A DNA stretch of 64,000 nt, taken from the NCBI GenBank assembly GCA_028534125.1, contig CM052816.1, forward strand, positions 17,424,001 through 17,488,000, read 5' to 3'. Made by a program: the position numbers and the translations under genes. The DNA comes from Lama glama (lineage: Eukaryota). This document shows, one piece after another, positions 50,205-64,000 of the stretch; position 1 is the stretch's first letter; every line of letters starts with the position of its first letter. The notes beneath the pieces were generated by a model. The model made no database searches, was not told where the DNA came from, and saw nothing but the letters and a program-made list of their open reading frames with translations.

Positions 50205-53200
50205 GTGAGTACGGTCGCCGCCGGGCCCTCAGGGTTGGGGAGCCTTTCAGCGGAGGGCCTCTGAAGCGGGTGGGGAGGGAACAGATGCAGACTTCCCAGG
50301 CAGCTTGTCGGCCCGGGGTGCCTGGGCTTCGTCTTGCTTGAGAGGAACTTTAAAGAGAACTTCTAAGGCTTGATGCCTGTTACCTGTGGTCCAGGTGTGT
50401 TGTATTTGTAGGACTGGGGGAGGTGACTGCACTAAACATGGTATAAATAGTGAGCAGCTGCGGAAGGAGAGGCTCCCTGAGCTGCTGAGTTCTCCTAACA
50501 AGAATGGCTGGCTTTGCCAAGCCCCCTCGAGAACCTCCCTGGGCAGCAGTGATTTAGACCACCCCTAGGGTGTTCCGGAAGAATGCGTGCTGCCAAGGCT
50601 AGGTTTGGGGTGAGCCCAGCTTATTGACAAAAGACCCAGGTGTCCCAGGTTTGGAGAGCAGTGGCCATGGGCCTGATAAAATGTTGGATGAGAGCGTGGT
50701 GGTTTTGACCCTTGGCGTCTTTAGGGGAAGAGAAAAGGAACAGGCAGCTCATGGAGTTGTTCTGCCCTGAACCAGAGCCTGGGTGGCAGAGGATTGCTCC
50801 TCTAAGGGAGCCGTGGGAGGGGAGAAAGTTATTTCTGGGCACCCGGAGGCAATCTGCTGCCTGTTTCTGCCCCAGGCTGGTGCTGCTCTCCAGGTACGCC
50901 CCGGAGGATGCCTGCTGGACAAGAGGCACCTGGCGCAGTCTTTCCAGCAGATGGCATCCCCTCTGTGCTGTGGGAGCCACTGCCAGCTCTTTGAAAGGCT
51001 GCCCCAGGTGACTGGGGCCCTGCACTTCTAAGGGACTAGGAAATAACTTTTATGATACTTAGAATTAGGAATTCCTGCTCTGAGGAGAGACCCATACCGC
51101 AGAGCCCCTGCTCTGGTCACAGGGCTCTTGGAGGTGGGAGGTGTGTGGGAGTGTACTGGATTCCTCTTAGCCATGTGCCCAGTATGCCCAGCCCTTGCAC
51201 AGAGAGGATCTGAGGAATCCTGTGACTCTAGATATTTTCTAGTATTTTCTAAAGCGCATCTCTCCATGTTCCATTCAAGAGGAGCAGAGGCCATGAGTGG
51301 GGGTTTGCTTATCTCTCGTCTCTGTTCTTCCCTCTCCCTTCAGTTGATGGGGGTCTTCTCTTTGAAGGGGGCTTTCAAACTCTTTCAGTGCGCTTCTACA
51401 GTCATTTGGGGCCTTCTTACAGCAACTCCCTACACCCGCCACATGATCCCTGCTGCACCTCCCTGTCCCTGACCTGCTCTCTTAACCATCTTGGATACCC
51501 TCTCTGTTTGGCTCTGAGGAGCCCTGCCCTGACTACCATTGCCTGTGGCTGAAAAAAATGACCAAACTACCCAAATGATGTTCCAAGGAAGCTTCTGTTC
51601 CCAGACTTACATAGGGTAGAAATTATCCTGCTTTTTGTTTCTTTTGCCATTGTGTTTTAGATAGAGTTGAGGAACAGGGCAGATGCTTAACTTGGCTAGA
51701 GCTGGGAGAATTGGGGCAGGCTTGGAGGAGAAGGGCATCTTTGCACATGCCTTGGTTTGAGTGGCAGCTGGGTCAAGTGGAAAGCAGCTATGCTTGTTGG
51801 TCTTTGGATATGTACCTTCCTGCCTCTTAAAGGTTTTCTAGTATCAGTGTATCATAAACATGACATCATTCTTATTTCCCATTCAGCTTTAAATTTTGAA
51901 AAATTGAGCTTTTATTTCTTGCAAATGGTGACATTTTAAATTCTTGAATCAGTGTTTTTCTAAACCTGACTGATCGTGAAGCTCTTACCTGGGGTGCTTG
52001 TTAAATTGTAGCACCCAGACACATCCCCACCCCAAGATTCTAATTCCATAGTTGTGGGATGAGTGCTGGAAATACGTATTTAAATGAACGTTCTAGGTAA
52101 TTCTTAGAATGTTTAGGAAATACCACCTTATAAAAATGTACAAAGTGTAACAAAAAGAGAAGAGCTTCTATATTTAAATGTACTACTTTTTTGTTTCTGG
52201 AGCATTTTAAGGTGTTAAACTAATATTTTTAGCAGCATATATCCTTTTAAAACGATAATTTAATCTAGCATACCATTAAAAACATCTAAAAATGTTTAAA
52301 ATAACCTTAGATGTCTTTAGTTATCAACCATTTTATATGCTTCATAGAGTCTTCTGATGCTAGCTATGGGTTAGATATAATTTAATGCCATTAACCTTTT
52401 TAAAGTGTTGTGAAACTCAGACTAGATGCTCTTTCAGGCCAAGTCTGAGTGTCTTCAGCTGGGTCATTTCCTTAGAATAACCACAAAGCCTCAGTCCCGT
52501 GGGCCCAGGGACTAAAGGGTTGCTTCCTCTAGAAACCAGCAATTCAGTGGACCGTTGATTAAGCCCCAGCTAATGGTGCAGTTGCTCAGCCTACCTGATC
52601 ATTTTTGCTGAACCAGGCCTTGCTTGAGGTTGACAAGCCTACCTGCCTTCTTTCAGTTTTGTTGAAGCTACTGATAACTTTGAAAGACTGTGTCCTGAGG
52701 TTATTGTTACAATGCTTGTCAGTTTTTGAAAGTCCTCATGGAGGAAAACTTCTTGCCTTTCCCTTGACTTGTCACTTTTTTGGACTTGGGAGAGGGATAG
52801 ATTGAAGTGACTTTTGAGCTTGTGAAACCAGAAACTAAGGGCTCCTTTAACAGAGCTGATGATACCATTGGTGGGTGTTACCAGGCAAACTTTGAAATGG
52901 CAGTGATGGTGGACCGTGTGCTCCACGCTCCCTTATCTGTTGATTGTGTTGTGATATTGCCAGAGATGAGCTGACAGACACTACTTAATGCTTTGAAGCA
53001 GTCCTATTGCTCTAGATACACAAATAATCACTGTTTACTTCTTTCCAGAAGTAAAACTCACAACTACTCCCAGGCTTGTTGCCTGGAGTGATGGAGCCGG
53101 GAGAAATACAACAGCATTCCAATGTTTGCTCCTAAATGTACTGGTGGTCTGTTACTTTGGTCATTATTCTTTTATAAAGAGTAGCAATTGGGATGTTTTG

Positions 53201-56053
53201 GCCAGATGGAGACCCAGACTTTTGCACAAATAACAGTATTAAGAAGGAGAAGATGAAGAAGGCAGATGTGTGTATTAGGTTGTACAGTAATTTCCCTGCT
53301 CCAGCTGTCACGCCTTTAACTCCTCCTTGGTTTGAGGTTGAGGGGTCAGGATGCCACCACCAGTCTCCTGACTTTTTCTGAATCTGATTTGGCTTTCCAT
53401 ATCCTTTTCTGTAAACTTTTTCTTTCTTCATTCCTGCATTCACTTGTTTGTTCATTCCTTCCAACAAATGTTTGACTGTCTACCATGTGCTTGTAGGCAA
53501 TAGGCTAGAAGGGTAAGTAAGATAAATAAATGTGATCTCTCCTCTCAGGTGGTCTCTTGTCTACTGAATGAAATTCTTTAAGTTAGGCTGTTCTTATTTC
53601 TTTCTTATTGTTTTCTGTTTTTGAAAATAAGTTTTTTTCTTAAAAGATAATACACGTTGGTTGAAATTAAAAAGTGAAAACACTGCAGAAATAGGTGATA
53701 TCTCATTCATACATTCATCGAACACTTAGTGTGCCAGGTATTGTTTAAGACTCTTTAGATATATTGTCGTTTAATTTTGATAACAGTCCTCGGAGAGAAG
53801 TACTATTATTCTTACTTACTGAGAGGTTAAAGCCTACAGAAGTGGGCCTTGGAGGAACTGGGCTGGACCCATGCAGTCTGACTCTAGACTCATGCTGTGC
53901 ACTGCAGCCCATGAGAAGTGGAGTGGATTTTGGCTGTGAGCTTCCGTGGGTATCACACTACAAGTCTTTCCTTCTTTATGTCTTAAGGCCACCAGTAAAG
54001 AGCCTTGGGTTGAGACAAAGTGCAGTGGGAATCTACGTAGACACAGCTTATTGTAGGGGTCACATCAGGGCTTCTCTTCTGCTAATAATGAGCTTCTGAT
54101 TTGATTAGAATAATATTGTTGCTTACACCAAACATGACATTTTCTTTCTTTTGCACTCCCGATACTGGTCCTGACATTTAACTCCAGGATAATACCTTTA
54201 GCAGGCTCGAAGAATCAGAAGTGTTGCCTTGGCTGGCATTTATCTTACTCCGGAGTGACCTGAGTTTGTAATTCTAATGAGACCACAAGGACCAGCCCAC
54301 GTGCTTTTTCCTTCTTGTGCGCGCTCTGTGGGATTTCGTGGTCTCTGTAGCAGAACTGGGGTGGTGGTGAGCATCTGATCTGCTCACTGGATCTTAACGG
54401 CTCAACTATAATGAGTTTCAAGGGCAAGTGAGGCTTTATTGACAGAACCGTGGCTGGCTCAGTGTGTGGGGCTGGTGACAAGAGAGGTGGTATGGCATAG
54501 TGGATCAGTCATTAATCTGTCACCACAGAAACTCAGCTTGTAATAGAGAGTAGCAGAAAATCATTTTGATTAAACAGGTTCAAGAAAAATTAAATGAGTT
54601 TGTGATCCTGACTCTCTTTAATGAACCCAGTATCTTAAATCCCCTGTACTAGATGACCACTGATAGAATTATTTCATGGGAATTATTATAAACAGAGTGT
54701 CTGCAAGTTGATAGGCTTGAGACCATTCTTGTATTCTCCATCCTCACCATCTGCTTGCTTACAGGGAGAACCTAGTTTTGCCTGGCGAGGATGGCTGAGC
54801 CGTTGCCCTAGGTGAGCCTCCCGGGCTGAGTCCCCCTCCTCTCCTGGTCCTCTGAACCCTGCCCCCACAGTGCTTCTGCTGACCTGGATAGCTAGGAGGA
54901 TAAGAGCTCTCCTGTATGCTGATGAGAGTATTTTCAGAAGCAAGAAGTGATCCCAAATGACTCATCGGACTTGTGCTCCTCCCCTGGAAGAGTGGGACGT
55001 AATCATTAGCTCAACTCTTTTCTCGTGCTTGGGAAGACACAGTAATGTTAGTAATTAAGTATTTTATAATACATCCTTTCTTACTCACCCACTATAGTGT
55101 ATTTCAGAGCTAACACACTCAATATCTGAACCTGAACACCTGGATGACTCGTTTTACCTTTCCTTTGGTGAGGTGACTGTTGATGTTCCTTAGGAAATTC
55201 CTCAGACCCAAGCTCATGCTTGGTCTCAACTCCCCATGTGAGATAGTTAACAAACAGAGGAAATTTTCTATAAAATACGAAATAATTTGCCCAAGGTTAC
55301 AAGTTTTTTTTTTTTTAATATTTCATCCAGTATAAGATGCCATCCATTGTAAGATGCTCCATTTGTGTGCACTACTCAGAAAGAAGGCAGTGCCCAGAAG
55401 GAAGAGTGTAATAGATTCCTGGGTAAAGGTGGGACCCCAGAGGACCACCCCTCAGCGTAGAGGTATAAACTCACTATGCTGTAAAGGGTCCATAGCAAGG
55501 CGACTCATCTGTCTGTACCTTGGTACTAGTGGGTGAAGGGGAAAAATAGGCTCTGAGCGATTGAATGGACTGACTCTAAGGTTTCTGGTCTAAATGCACA
55601 CTATTGTTGCAGCTCACCAAACCTTAGACAGTTAATTCAGTCTCAGGCTCTTTGTCGTCTTTGAATTCCTGGCTTCTCATTTGTTAAATGGGGGATGATC
55701 ACAGTACTGGTAAGGACTCTGGATTGCAAGTGACTGAAATCTAGTCCAAACTGGCTTAAATGGAAAAGAAAACTTACTCACTTGTGTAACTGGAAAATCT
55801 ACTGATAAGCAATGGATTTAGGTATGGCTGGATCCCTGGGCTCAGGTTGCATCATAGGACTCGGTTGTGTATGTCTGTTGTTTTTCTCTCCCCTTTTCCC
55901 CCCCTCCCCCAAATCTTTGGGATTTATTTCTGCCATGTTGGTTGTATTCTCAGACTGTTTAGTTCAATGTGGTGGCTCATGGCAGCTACAAATTTACATC
56001 ATCCTGTAGTTTTTATGTTTCAGTATTGCCACGAAAGTCCTAGAACTTGAGAC

Positions 56054-56903
56054 TTGTCAAATTTATCTGTTTTTGTGTCAGTACTATATTGTTTTGATTA
56101 CTGTAGCTTTGTAGTATAGTCTGAAGTCAGGGAGCCTGATTTCTCCAGCTCCCTTCTTCTTTCTCAAGATTATTTTGGCTACTTGGGGTCTTATGTGTTT
56201 CTATACAAATTTAAAATTTTTTTGTTCCAGTTCTGTGAAAAATTCCACTGGTAAGTTGATAGGGATTGCATTGAATCTGTACTTTGCCTTGGGTAGTTTG
56301 GCCATTTTAACAGTATTGATTCTTCCAGTCTAAGAACATGGTATGTCTTTACTCTGTTTTGTCTTCAGTTTCTTTCATCAATGTCTTATATATAGCACAG
56401 GTCCTTTGACTCCTTAGATAGATTTATTCCTAGGTATTTAATTTTTTGATGTGATAGTAAAAGGTATTGTTTCCTTAATTTCTTTTTCTGCTGTTTTGTT
56501 GTTAGTGTATAGAAATGCAACTGATTTCTGTATATTAATTTTATATCTTGCAACTTTACCAAATTCATTGAGCTCTAGTAGTTTTCTGGTAGTATCTTGA
56601 GGATTTTCTATGTATAGTATCATGCCATCTGCAAACAGTGACTGTTTTTCTTCTTTTTTTCCAATTTGGATTCCTGTTATTTTTCTTCTCTGATTGCTGT
56701 GGCTAGGACTTCCAAGACTATGTTGAATAAAAGTGGCAAGAGTGGGCATCCTTGTCTTTTTCCTGATCTTAGAGGAAATGCTATCAGCTTTTCATGACTG
56801 AATATAATGTTAACTGTGGGTCTGTCATATATGGCCTTTATTATGTTGAGATCTGTTCCCTCTGTGCCCACTTTATGGAGAGTTGTTACCATAAATGGAT
56901 GTT
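56054..56903 (-). mobile_element. L1 ORF2 reverse-transcriptase fragment (frameshifted)
   Basis: [23 protein letters not shown] and SLFADGMILYIENP; the catalytic FADD is mutated to FADG. Confidence 0.95.
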
Positions 56904-59444
56904 ACTGTACCTGTGTTGTACACCCATACCCCAGTCAATCGCTTTGGCCAAGTTGGTAGAATATGCTGGTACATGCCCAGCCCTAGCGTGGGGCCTGGGA
57001 TCTGGGGATAGAATGGTGGTTGGGACTTCACTGGATTACATGGTTAAGTGTGTTAGGGGAAATGGATGCCTAGTGGGCAAACATCAAAGGTGTCCACTAT
57101 GTTGATCAGCCTCACAGGGTTGGCATGAAGAGTAAACTGGCTAATAGAAGTGAATCTTTCAGCGAAGTGTCTGGCTTAATACTCAATAAATGGAGGCTGT
57201 TATTTTTACTAATATTAACAAGTCCTGTTATGCCTTTATGCATCATGCCTCAATTTATAGTTGTATATATTTGTGTTTTAGCTTCTTAACTAGTTGGATT
57301 CTTCCTGAAGAGCCCGAGTCTTATTATGCCTTGCACACAGTAGGTGGTCAGTTAGCATTTTGCTGACTTAAATTATAGCCTAAGCACACCTCTAGATGAG
57401 TTTCTGAGAGAGGGAAACCTTTAGAATTACTGGCATATAGGCTTTTATAGTGTTTGGTAGGGGGAAATTCTAGGTTAACACATACATTGGAAAAAAAAAT
57501 TTTTTTTTTTTTTTTGCTCTAACCCTGTCTTTAAGCCAGGACCTCACAACTTTATAACCCTTTTTGGGATACACTGAGGTACAGAGCTCCTTGTCCCCTA
57601 GACTTTTACTACTGAGCCCAGCACAGAAATCTGTTCAGTGAATGCTTGAATGAATTTGAGTGAGTGAATGAATAAGTGAATGGATTATCCTGGACCAGGA
57701 CTTTCCACACCTCCAGGATGAGGAAGAGGTGTTCTTTGCAGAGAGGCGGCCCCAGTAAGTCATGCTGGCTTTGGACATGTCTCTCATTCTGTTTAGTAAT
57801 TGACAATGATTATACATATCAACAGATGGACATGCTATTGAAAGCCAGGGGAACCTGACAAAGAAGCTCAACCCACTCACAATCCAGGTACAGTCCCTGG
57901 ACCTGTGAAAAGCTCTCTGAGGCTGGGTCATGTCCTGGTAAAGAGGTCCCTCTTAACCTGAGCTTACCTTCCAGTCTTGTCAGGGATAAGCTTGGGTGTT
58001 GGCTACAGCATCTGTTTCCTGATCTGTAAGATGTGGAGTGATCATACATACTTCATGGGGTTTTAGGAGCATTGAGTGAGCTCCTAGCACAAAGTAGATG
58101 CTCATGACCTTTCAGTAATTGGTGTACCTGTGGTTCTGATTTGCTTTCTGATGGTCATTTCTCACAACTTGTGTCCTGGGAGCACACACCAGTAGACGTT
58201 GTTTTCTGTCTTATGTCTTAGAGAAATGTTGGAGACATTTGTTCCATTTTCCTTGAGCCTGTCTTTATTTCATTCCTTGCTGGTCTGGAAGGCTGTCTGA
58301 GCTTCTATGGCCTATTCTCTGATTTTCCCATTGCAGCTCTTGGCACAGAAGACCGTCCCATCCTGTTTCACATTATCACTGGACCTCTTCTGAAACTGGC
58401 AGCTCTCATCACAGTATATCTGAGAGGGGGGTTGTGCCCAGCCGCACCTCAAGTCCTAGTAATGTGAAGGGCTCCCGGGGCCCTATTATGCTGAGCCCTA
58501 ATTCATGTCACTTCTAATGTTAAGTTCTGATGGGTTGCCTTCAGCCCATCTCGAAGGTGAAAGCCTCATCTTGTCCTGCAAGGAGTGGTCCCAGGCTGGC
58601 TTTGGTAGGCGGGGTTCTACATTGGTGTCCTCAAGGAAGCTCCTACAGGGTCTAGAAAATATTTCTTGTTGGTGTTCAGGTGTCCCTGAGCTCCAGGTTT
58701 GGCTTTAGAACCAATAGGAAGATACTAGTAGGACGGGCCAGGCCTTTGTTCCTCCTCTCTACAGATCCACCTCTTCAGTTCCAGATCATTACAGGCCATC
58801 AGAGGACCTGTAATTCACTACAGCCAAAGCAGGTTAGCTATGGTTTAGGAAAACCCAAACAGTAACGAACAGTTAATGCAGGGCATGGTGTTTTGCTGAT
58901 GCAAAAATGTTCTTCAAATGCCAGCTTCGTGCCAGGACTTTGCTTGGTGCTGGGTGAAGAAGAGAGATACGGTGTGTACCCTCCTGGAGTTTTTGGTCTA
59001 GCATCGCAACAGATAAACAATCACAGAATAATCATTTAGGTACAGCTGAGAAAAGTGCTACAAGATAGAGGTACAGATGCTCTGAGAATATGTAATGGGG
59101 AGGGGAGAGGGCTAATTAATTTTTTCTTGTCAGAGAAGGCGTCCCTGGGAAAAACACTGGCCCTGAGACATGCGGATGAATGACAGGTGAGCCGGCTGAG
59201 GAGCAGAGGCAGGTGTGTTCCAGGCAGCAGGTGGGAAGACAGATCCAAAGGTCTTGAGATGGGAAAGACCTGGATGTGTTTGTCTTAGGATTGATTCCCT
59301 TAAGTAGCAAGCTCTCTCCTGATTTTATTTAAAAAGTATGCTTTGTACATTTTCAATTTCACACACATTTTGGGGCAGGGGAATGAGTTGCCTGTGGAAA
59401 GTGAGGTACACAGAGGGGCCAAGTACTGGGAACGGTGGCCTGTT

Positions 59445-59645
59445 TTCTGTATTCCCATCGACTTCTCCCTTTATGTCTGGTAGTACTTGTTTTATGTATT
59501 TAGGTGCTCCTATATTGGGTGCATATATGTTAATGAGTGTAATATCCTCATCTTGTATTGACGCTTTTATCATCATATAGCATCCTTCTTTATCTTTCTT
59601 TATGGCCTTTGTTTTAAAGTCGTCTTTGTCTGATACAAGTATTGT
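59445..59645 (-). mobile_element. L1 ORF2 endonuclease fragment
   Basis: ILVSDKDDFKTKAIKKDKEGCYMMIKASIQDEDITLINIYAPNIGAPKYIKQVL. Confidence 0.93.
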
Positions 59646-61511
59646 GGCCTGGTTTCTTCTTGTCCCTCTCGGTGCCTCTCTGCTGTCTTTGGCAGCCATC
59701 TCTGTTGTGTAAATATCCCTCACCCTGCCTTCCACTTTAAAAAAGACTTCTCACTTCTCTGGAGTCTGTGGCCCATGAGTGTCTCCTTGTCTCTGTGGTC
59801 AAGAGCTCCTGCTGTTCCCACTGCTCCTCAGAAATAAGGGTACCCTGGAATTTCTTGGACAGAGTGATTGTGAAGTCTCTGCTTCAGAAATGAGACTGGT
59901 ATAGGTGGGCTACTCTTTGCTTTCCTCCCCATTCTCCTCCCCTGCTACCAACTCTGAGAACCAGCTAGGTGCCAGGCTTGGAAGCTTAAGATGGAAACCA
60001 AGATTTCCACACACAAGGCTCACACCACAGTTCAGGGTGAGAGACAAACATGCATGGAGTTTCTACACTGACACATTGGCGTGCTGGATGGTATGTGGCA
60101 TCATAGCCCCTGGGCCTGGGTCCTTCTCATGTCCTTGTGGCAGACATGAGGATAATGGTTTTTTCTTGAGGAAGAGGAAAGATGCACTCACAGACTAGTG
60201 ATGTGAATTACTGGGGATTCTCCTGGAAGGATAACACTAACACCAAATTAACCTAATTGGGTTGGGATTCTATGCCACTATGTCCCTCAGGAGACCCTTC
60301 CCTTGATCTTTTAGGATGAACTTTTCTTTGGTGCAATGGGGAAGGAAGGACACATTATACAACTGTCTTGTAATAATTTTCAAACTCTTCCTGTGTGATT
60401 TGTGACATGTCACACTACAGAAGACACTGTCAGTGTTCCCCAGCATAATTGGTGGGTGAGCAGGCCTTTATGTGAAGTCCATCGATGCCGGTGATTGAAG
60501 CAGGGAATGCCAGTGTTCTAGGCAGTTTTTGCATATTTGTTTTCTCCATACTTTATCTTTGCAGAGAGCAGAAGCCTCACTTTTCTGTTTCAGCTCTACC
60601 CTTCCTGTCCCACCATGTGAATCTAGTTGCTCTAACTCAGCTCTAAGAAAGGCTAGGCCAAGTTGCTAATGACCTTTCGCGACCAAGGCAAAAGGGCAGA
60701 TGCCCAAAGCAAGGTGTTGGAGCAGTAGTTCTCAGATTTACATCTTTATAATCTTGAAAAATCACTGGCAGTGCTCATTTAAAATGCAGATCTCAGCTTC
60801 CTAGTCCAGAGCAGAGTCTTCAGTAGGTCAAAGGCCATACCCAGGAACCTGCATTTTGAGTAAGCAATCCAGGCGATTCTGATGCAGGTAGTTCTCAGAC
60901 TGTATTTTCAGAAAAACTCTGGAGAATTATTACTTATCACAAATAGACAACACCATTAGCTCCACTGAACAATACAATTTTAGACAAAAATGAGCATTTT
61001 ATTTTGAAGATGTGGAGTAAATTGTTACATGTGCCATTTTCCGCCTTAGACTGACAGGGCTACCACTGACATCAGTAGAAAGAAAGGCCTTGCTTTCTAG
61101 TGTGTGCACATCCATAGGTCTCAGCAGCAGGCGTTGTGAAGTGTTCTTGGAGTGGAATGATGTTTGACTCTTCCCTGGCTTCTAGGACGTCAGAGATGCT
61201 TATGCATATGAGCATGGTGGAATTGATGTGGGACCTTCTCCATGACAGAGTCCCAGCAAATCTTCCTTTCTCCAAAGGGACCTGATCACTACCAACTCTG
61301 TTCTGATTTTGCATCTTCTCTAGCAGAATTGATAATGTTTTGTGCACAAATGAACTGAAGGACATTGACTCTGACATTGGTTTTAGTTTTTGGAGAAGTG
61401 GATATTGAAGCTGAAATGATGCTAAGCGTATGTAGTAGACAAGGAATGGTGGATGTATTAAACAGTATTCACCCTCGTGGGAGGTGTGTCCTTGGGCATA
61501 GAGAGGCTGTA

Positions 61512-61660
61512 CACTCATCCCTTGGTGTCGGTGTGGGATTGGTTCCAGGATACCTAAATCCACGAATGTGCAAGTCCCTTATATAAAATGATGTAGTACA
61601 TGTGGCCCTCCATATCCATGGGTTCTGCTCCCCATATAGAGGATGTAGAGGGAAGACTAC
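61512..61660. mobile_element. Short MER2-like Tigger derivative
   Basis: GGGATTGGTTCCAGGA...CAAGTCCCTTATATAAAATG. Confidence 0.7.
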
Positions 61661-63189
61661 TATCCGTTGAAAACACAGAGAAGTTCTGAGAGATATGGTC
61701 TGGACAATCATAACTACCTGCGACTCTCTTCTTGGAATAATAAATTTTTTTGCTTAGTTGGCCAGATAATTGTGGCAAGATCAGAGGACAATAAAAGCAA
61801 AAACTTGTCAAAGTTTAGGAAATGTATGAGGATTAGCAAGACATGGCATTATTCCATTGTCCACTGTACAAACTCTCAAACTTTGCTTTATGTTGCTGAA
61901 TTTCCTCTAATTAATGGCACCTAAAATCGACAAAACTATTGCCAAGAGGAAGAAAATAGTCAAGTGTACTGAACAGACTTCTGTGGTTATTTGGAGTCTC
62001 TCCATAGCCATGTTGTTAAGGGATAATTGGGTAGTTTCCACTTGTTTCTGTGCTCATTGGACATGCCGATTCCTCTGTGGCTTTGGGGGCTTGGTTGGTT
62101 GGTGTCCAGTCCTTTCATCAGGCCAAGGCATCACTTCCTTCTGAGCCAGATAGCCTTGCTGTGACTCTGGACCTAGTCTGTTACCTTTGACCTGCCATCT
62201 TGAATGAGGCCCATGTCACTTCTGGTGAATGAGAGAGTAGAAATGCGGTCCGTGGTAGAGCTAAAATAGTGCTGTCTTTACTGGTGCTAAAAGTGTGATT
62301 TTTATGACGGGGTTGGTGGTTTAAAACTTTTCCTACCTAGGAAAGACCTTTGCATATGTTTTAAAAAATGTTTTCTTTTGTTTGTTTCCATGTTCATCCT
62401 GAACCTAGATCCTCACCTTTCTAATAGGCAGATGCTGGTACACAGATTCAGTAGTTTTGTTTGTTCATGTGTTCATACATTCATACCGCAGATACTCACT
62501 GGCCAGGCTGCTATGCACCAGGCACTGTGCTGGGCACTTAGGATGTAACAGAGAGCGCAACAGCTTTTACTCCTTTTCTCTGGAGTCTACAGTCTTCTTG
62601 TCTGAGACCAAATGAAGAAAAGAGGTGCTTGGTGGTCAGGGAAACCTGTTAGGGGTTATTCTACAAAGGGATAGGCCTGGTCTACAAAAGGACCAGAGTG
62701 ATCCTATCAAGCTGGATGTCCGGAGGCCTTGGAACCTGGGCAGTGTCTTGGGGGAAAAGTCACATAAAATCTTCATCTCTGAATGTGTTCTGTGGTCAAA
62801 CTTCTTCAGCTTAATTCAACTCTTGCTGACCTACATGAGTGGTCCTTGCTATTTTGCCTGAGTTTAGGACCCACACACTGGCAACAGAAGGGTGCTGGTC
62901 TGTACGATCGAGGTGGAGCATTTAGCTGAGACAGGACTTGATGTGTATGCATGCTGAAGTGCAGTGAGTCGAGCCTTGTCAGGGCTTCAGGTCAAGGCCT
63001 GTAGCAAGTGTAGAGAGAATCACAGAAGAGCCCCTGTGCTCAGCAGTGCTGGATAGGCAGGGAGTATGTTTCGTTGGAGTGGAACATGTACAGAGCAAGG
63101 GTGCCAGTCATGAGTGTGCCACCTGATGTTCACAAAGTGAATGCAACATAAGACCAGTAGCCAGGTCAGGGGACAGAATGGTATCAGCA

Positions 63190-63600
63190 TCTGAGAAGTC
63201 CGCCTTGTGCCCCTTGCACTCACTGCCTGTCCCCCTCCCAGGGAAGACTCTCTTGACTTCTAACGCTCTAGGTTAGTTTTGCCCTGTTTTCATGCTTTTA
63301 TAAATGGAATCATAAGGATGTATTTTTTGGTGTGTCTGGCTTCTTTTGCTTGGCACTGAATTGTGATGCATTGTTGTGTGTGGCTGTAGTTTGTTCATTC
63401 TCATCGCTGTGTAAATATTCCACAAGTTACCTGTTCTTTTGTGGAGGGACTCTCGGGTGGTTTCTGGGTTTTGGCTACTGCATAATAGCACTTCCTTGGG
63501 CCAATCTTTTGGTGAACCTACATATATGCTTTTTAAGGTGTATACATACATACCCGTGGAATCCATTGGTCATAAGATAGGTGAATGTTCAGCTTTCAGA
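63190..63600 (-). mobile_element. Old L1M 3' region
   Basis: TTAGTTTTGCCCTGTTTT...ATAAATGGAATCATA...GTCTGGCTTCTTTTGCT. Confidence 0.7.
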
Positions 63601-63854
63601 GGTGTGGTTAAATTGTATGGAAGTTCACTGGGAGCAACATTTTTGTTTTGCTGATGGAGAAATAAAAAAAAAAGGCTACAGTCTAACTCATAATCCAATT
63701 CAACCAAAATGTATTGAGCATCTGTTACATGTCAGGTACCCTTATGGAGCCTGTGTTCTAGTTGAGAGAAAAAAACAACACACAGGTAAAGATAAAAACC
63801 ATTGGTTGTAGGTGCTAATGACAAAAATAAACTATGGTGACTCAATTTGGAAAA

Positions 63855-64000
63855 ATAGTCTCTTGGATAAGTAGTGTTGGGAAAACTGGATATTCACATG
63901 CAAAAAATGAAATTGGACCCCTATCTTACACCATTCACAAAAATTAATGGATCAAGGAGTTAAACATAAGACCTGAAACCGTAAAACTCCTAGAAGAAAA
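63855..64000 (+). mobile_element. L1 ORF2 fragment running off the window end
   Basis: TGTTGGGAAAACTGGATATTCACATGCAAAAAATGAAATTGGACCCCTATCTTACACC. Confidence 0.88.

Larger units (their letters stand above)
49100..50330. promoter_or_regulatory. CpG island / SPOCK1 promoter
   Basis: Abrupt rise in GC and CpG density against a CpG-depleted background; GC boxes CCCCGCCCC (49903-49911) and GGGGGCGGAG (49925-49934). Confidence 0.93.
50205..64000 (+). other. SPOCK1: SPOCK1 intron following the first coding exon (partial)
   Basis: Starts with GTGAGT. I did not find the expected downstream testican-1 sequence (DDYFRNW...) in the window; the content is repeats and unique intronic DNA. Confidence 0.85.

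Noticed and set aside
49869..50264. 131-aa ORF as a complete gene
   Set aside because: Only 50019-50204 is exon. The extension starts at GTG in intron 1, and the tail is read-through past a consensus donor.
56386..56892. Functional reverse transcriptase
   Set aside because: Frameshifted, truncated L1 ORF2 with the catalytic motif mutated to FADG.
50205..64000. Further SPOCK1 exons, including the 9-nt EVE microexon I recall from testicans
   Set aside because: I saw no AG-GARGTNGAR-GT pattern or DDYFRNW-coding sequence by eye. GAAGTGGAG near 53935 lacks correct splice flanks.

Overview
Mammalian genomic DNA, most likely camelid (two Vic-1-like tRNA-derived SINEs). The only protein-coding sequence I can support is the 5' end of SPOCK1 (testican-1) on the + strand. 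It comprises a CpG-island promoter (~49.1-50.3 kb), an inferred non-coding exon 1 ending at 49395, a 623-bp intron, and a 186-bp first coding exon (50019-50204) whose ATG directly follows the splice acceptor. The remaining ~14 kb is the start of the long following intron. The upstream ~49 kb is intergenic and repeat-rich: L1, L2, L3, MIR, MaLR/ERVL, two ERV1-type solo LTRs, Tigger/hAT MITEs and microsatellites. Nearly all ORFs in the six-frame track are spurious or L1 remnants. I found no evidence of a new multi-gene system. The best leads are a ~0.5-kb orphan retroposed insert inside a MaLR LTR, a splice-assembled Kozak context for SPOCK1, a motif-dense candidate enhancer near 19.7-20.3 kb, and an L1 subfamily with a shared 3' tail extension. 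Repeat family names are recalled by eye, not from a RepeatMasker run, and boundaries without TSDs are approximate.
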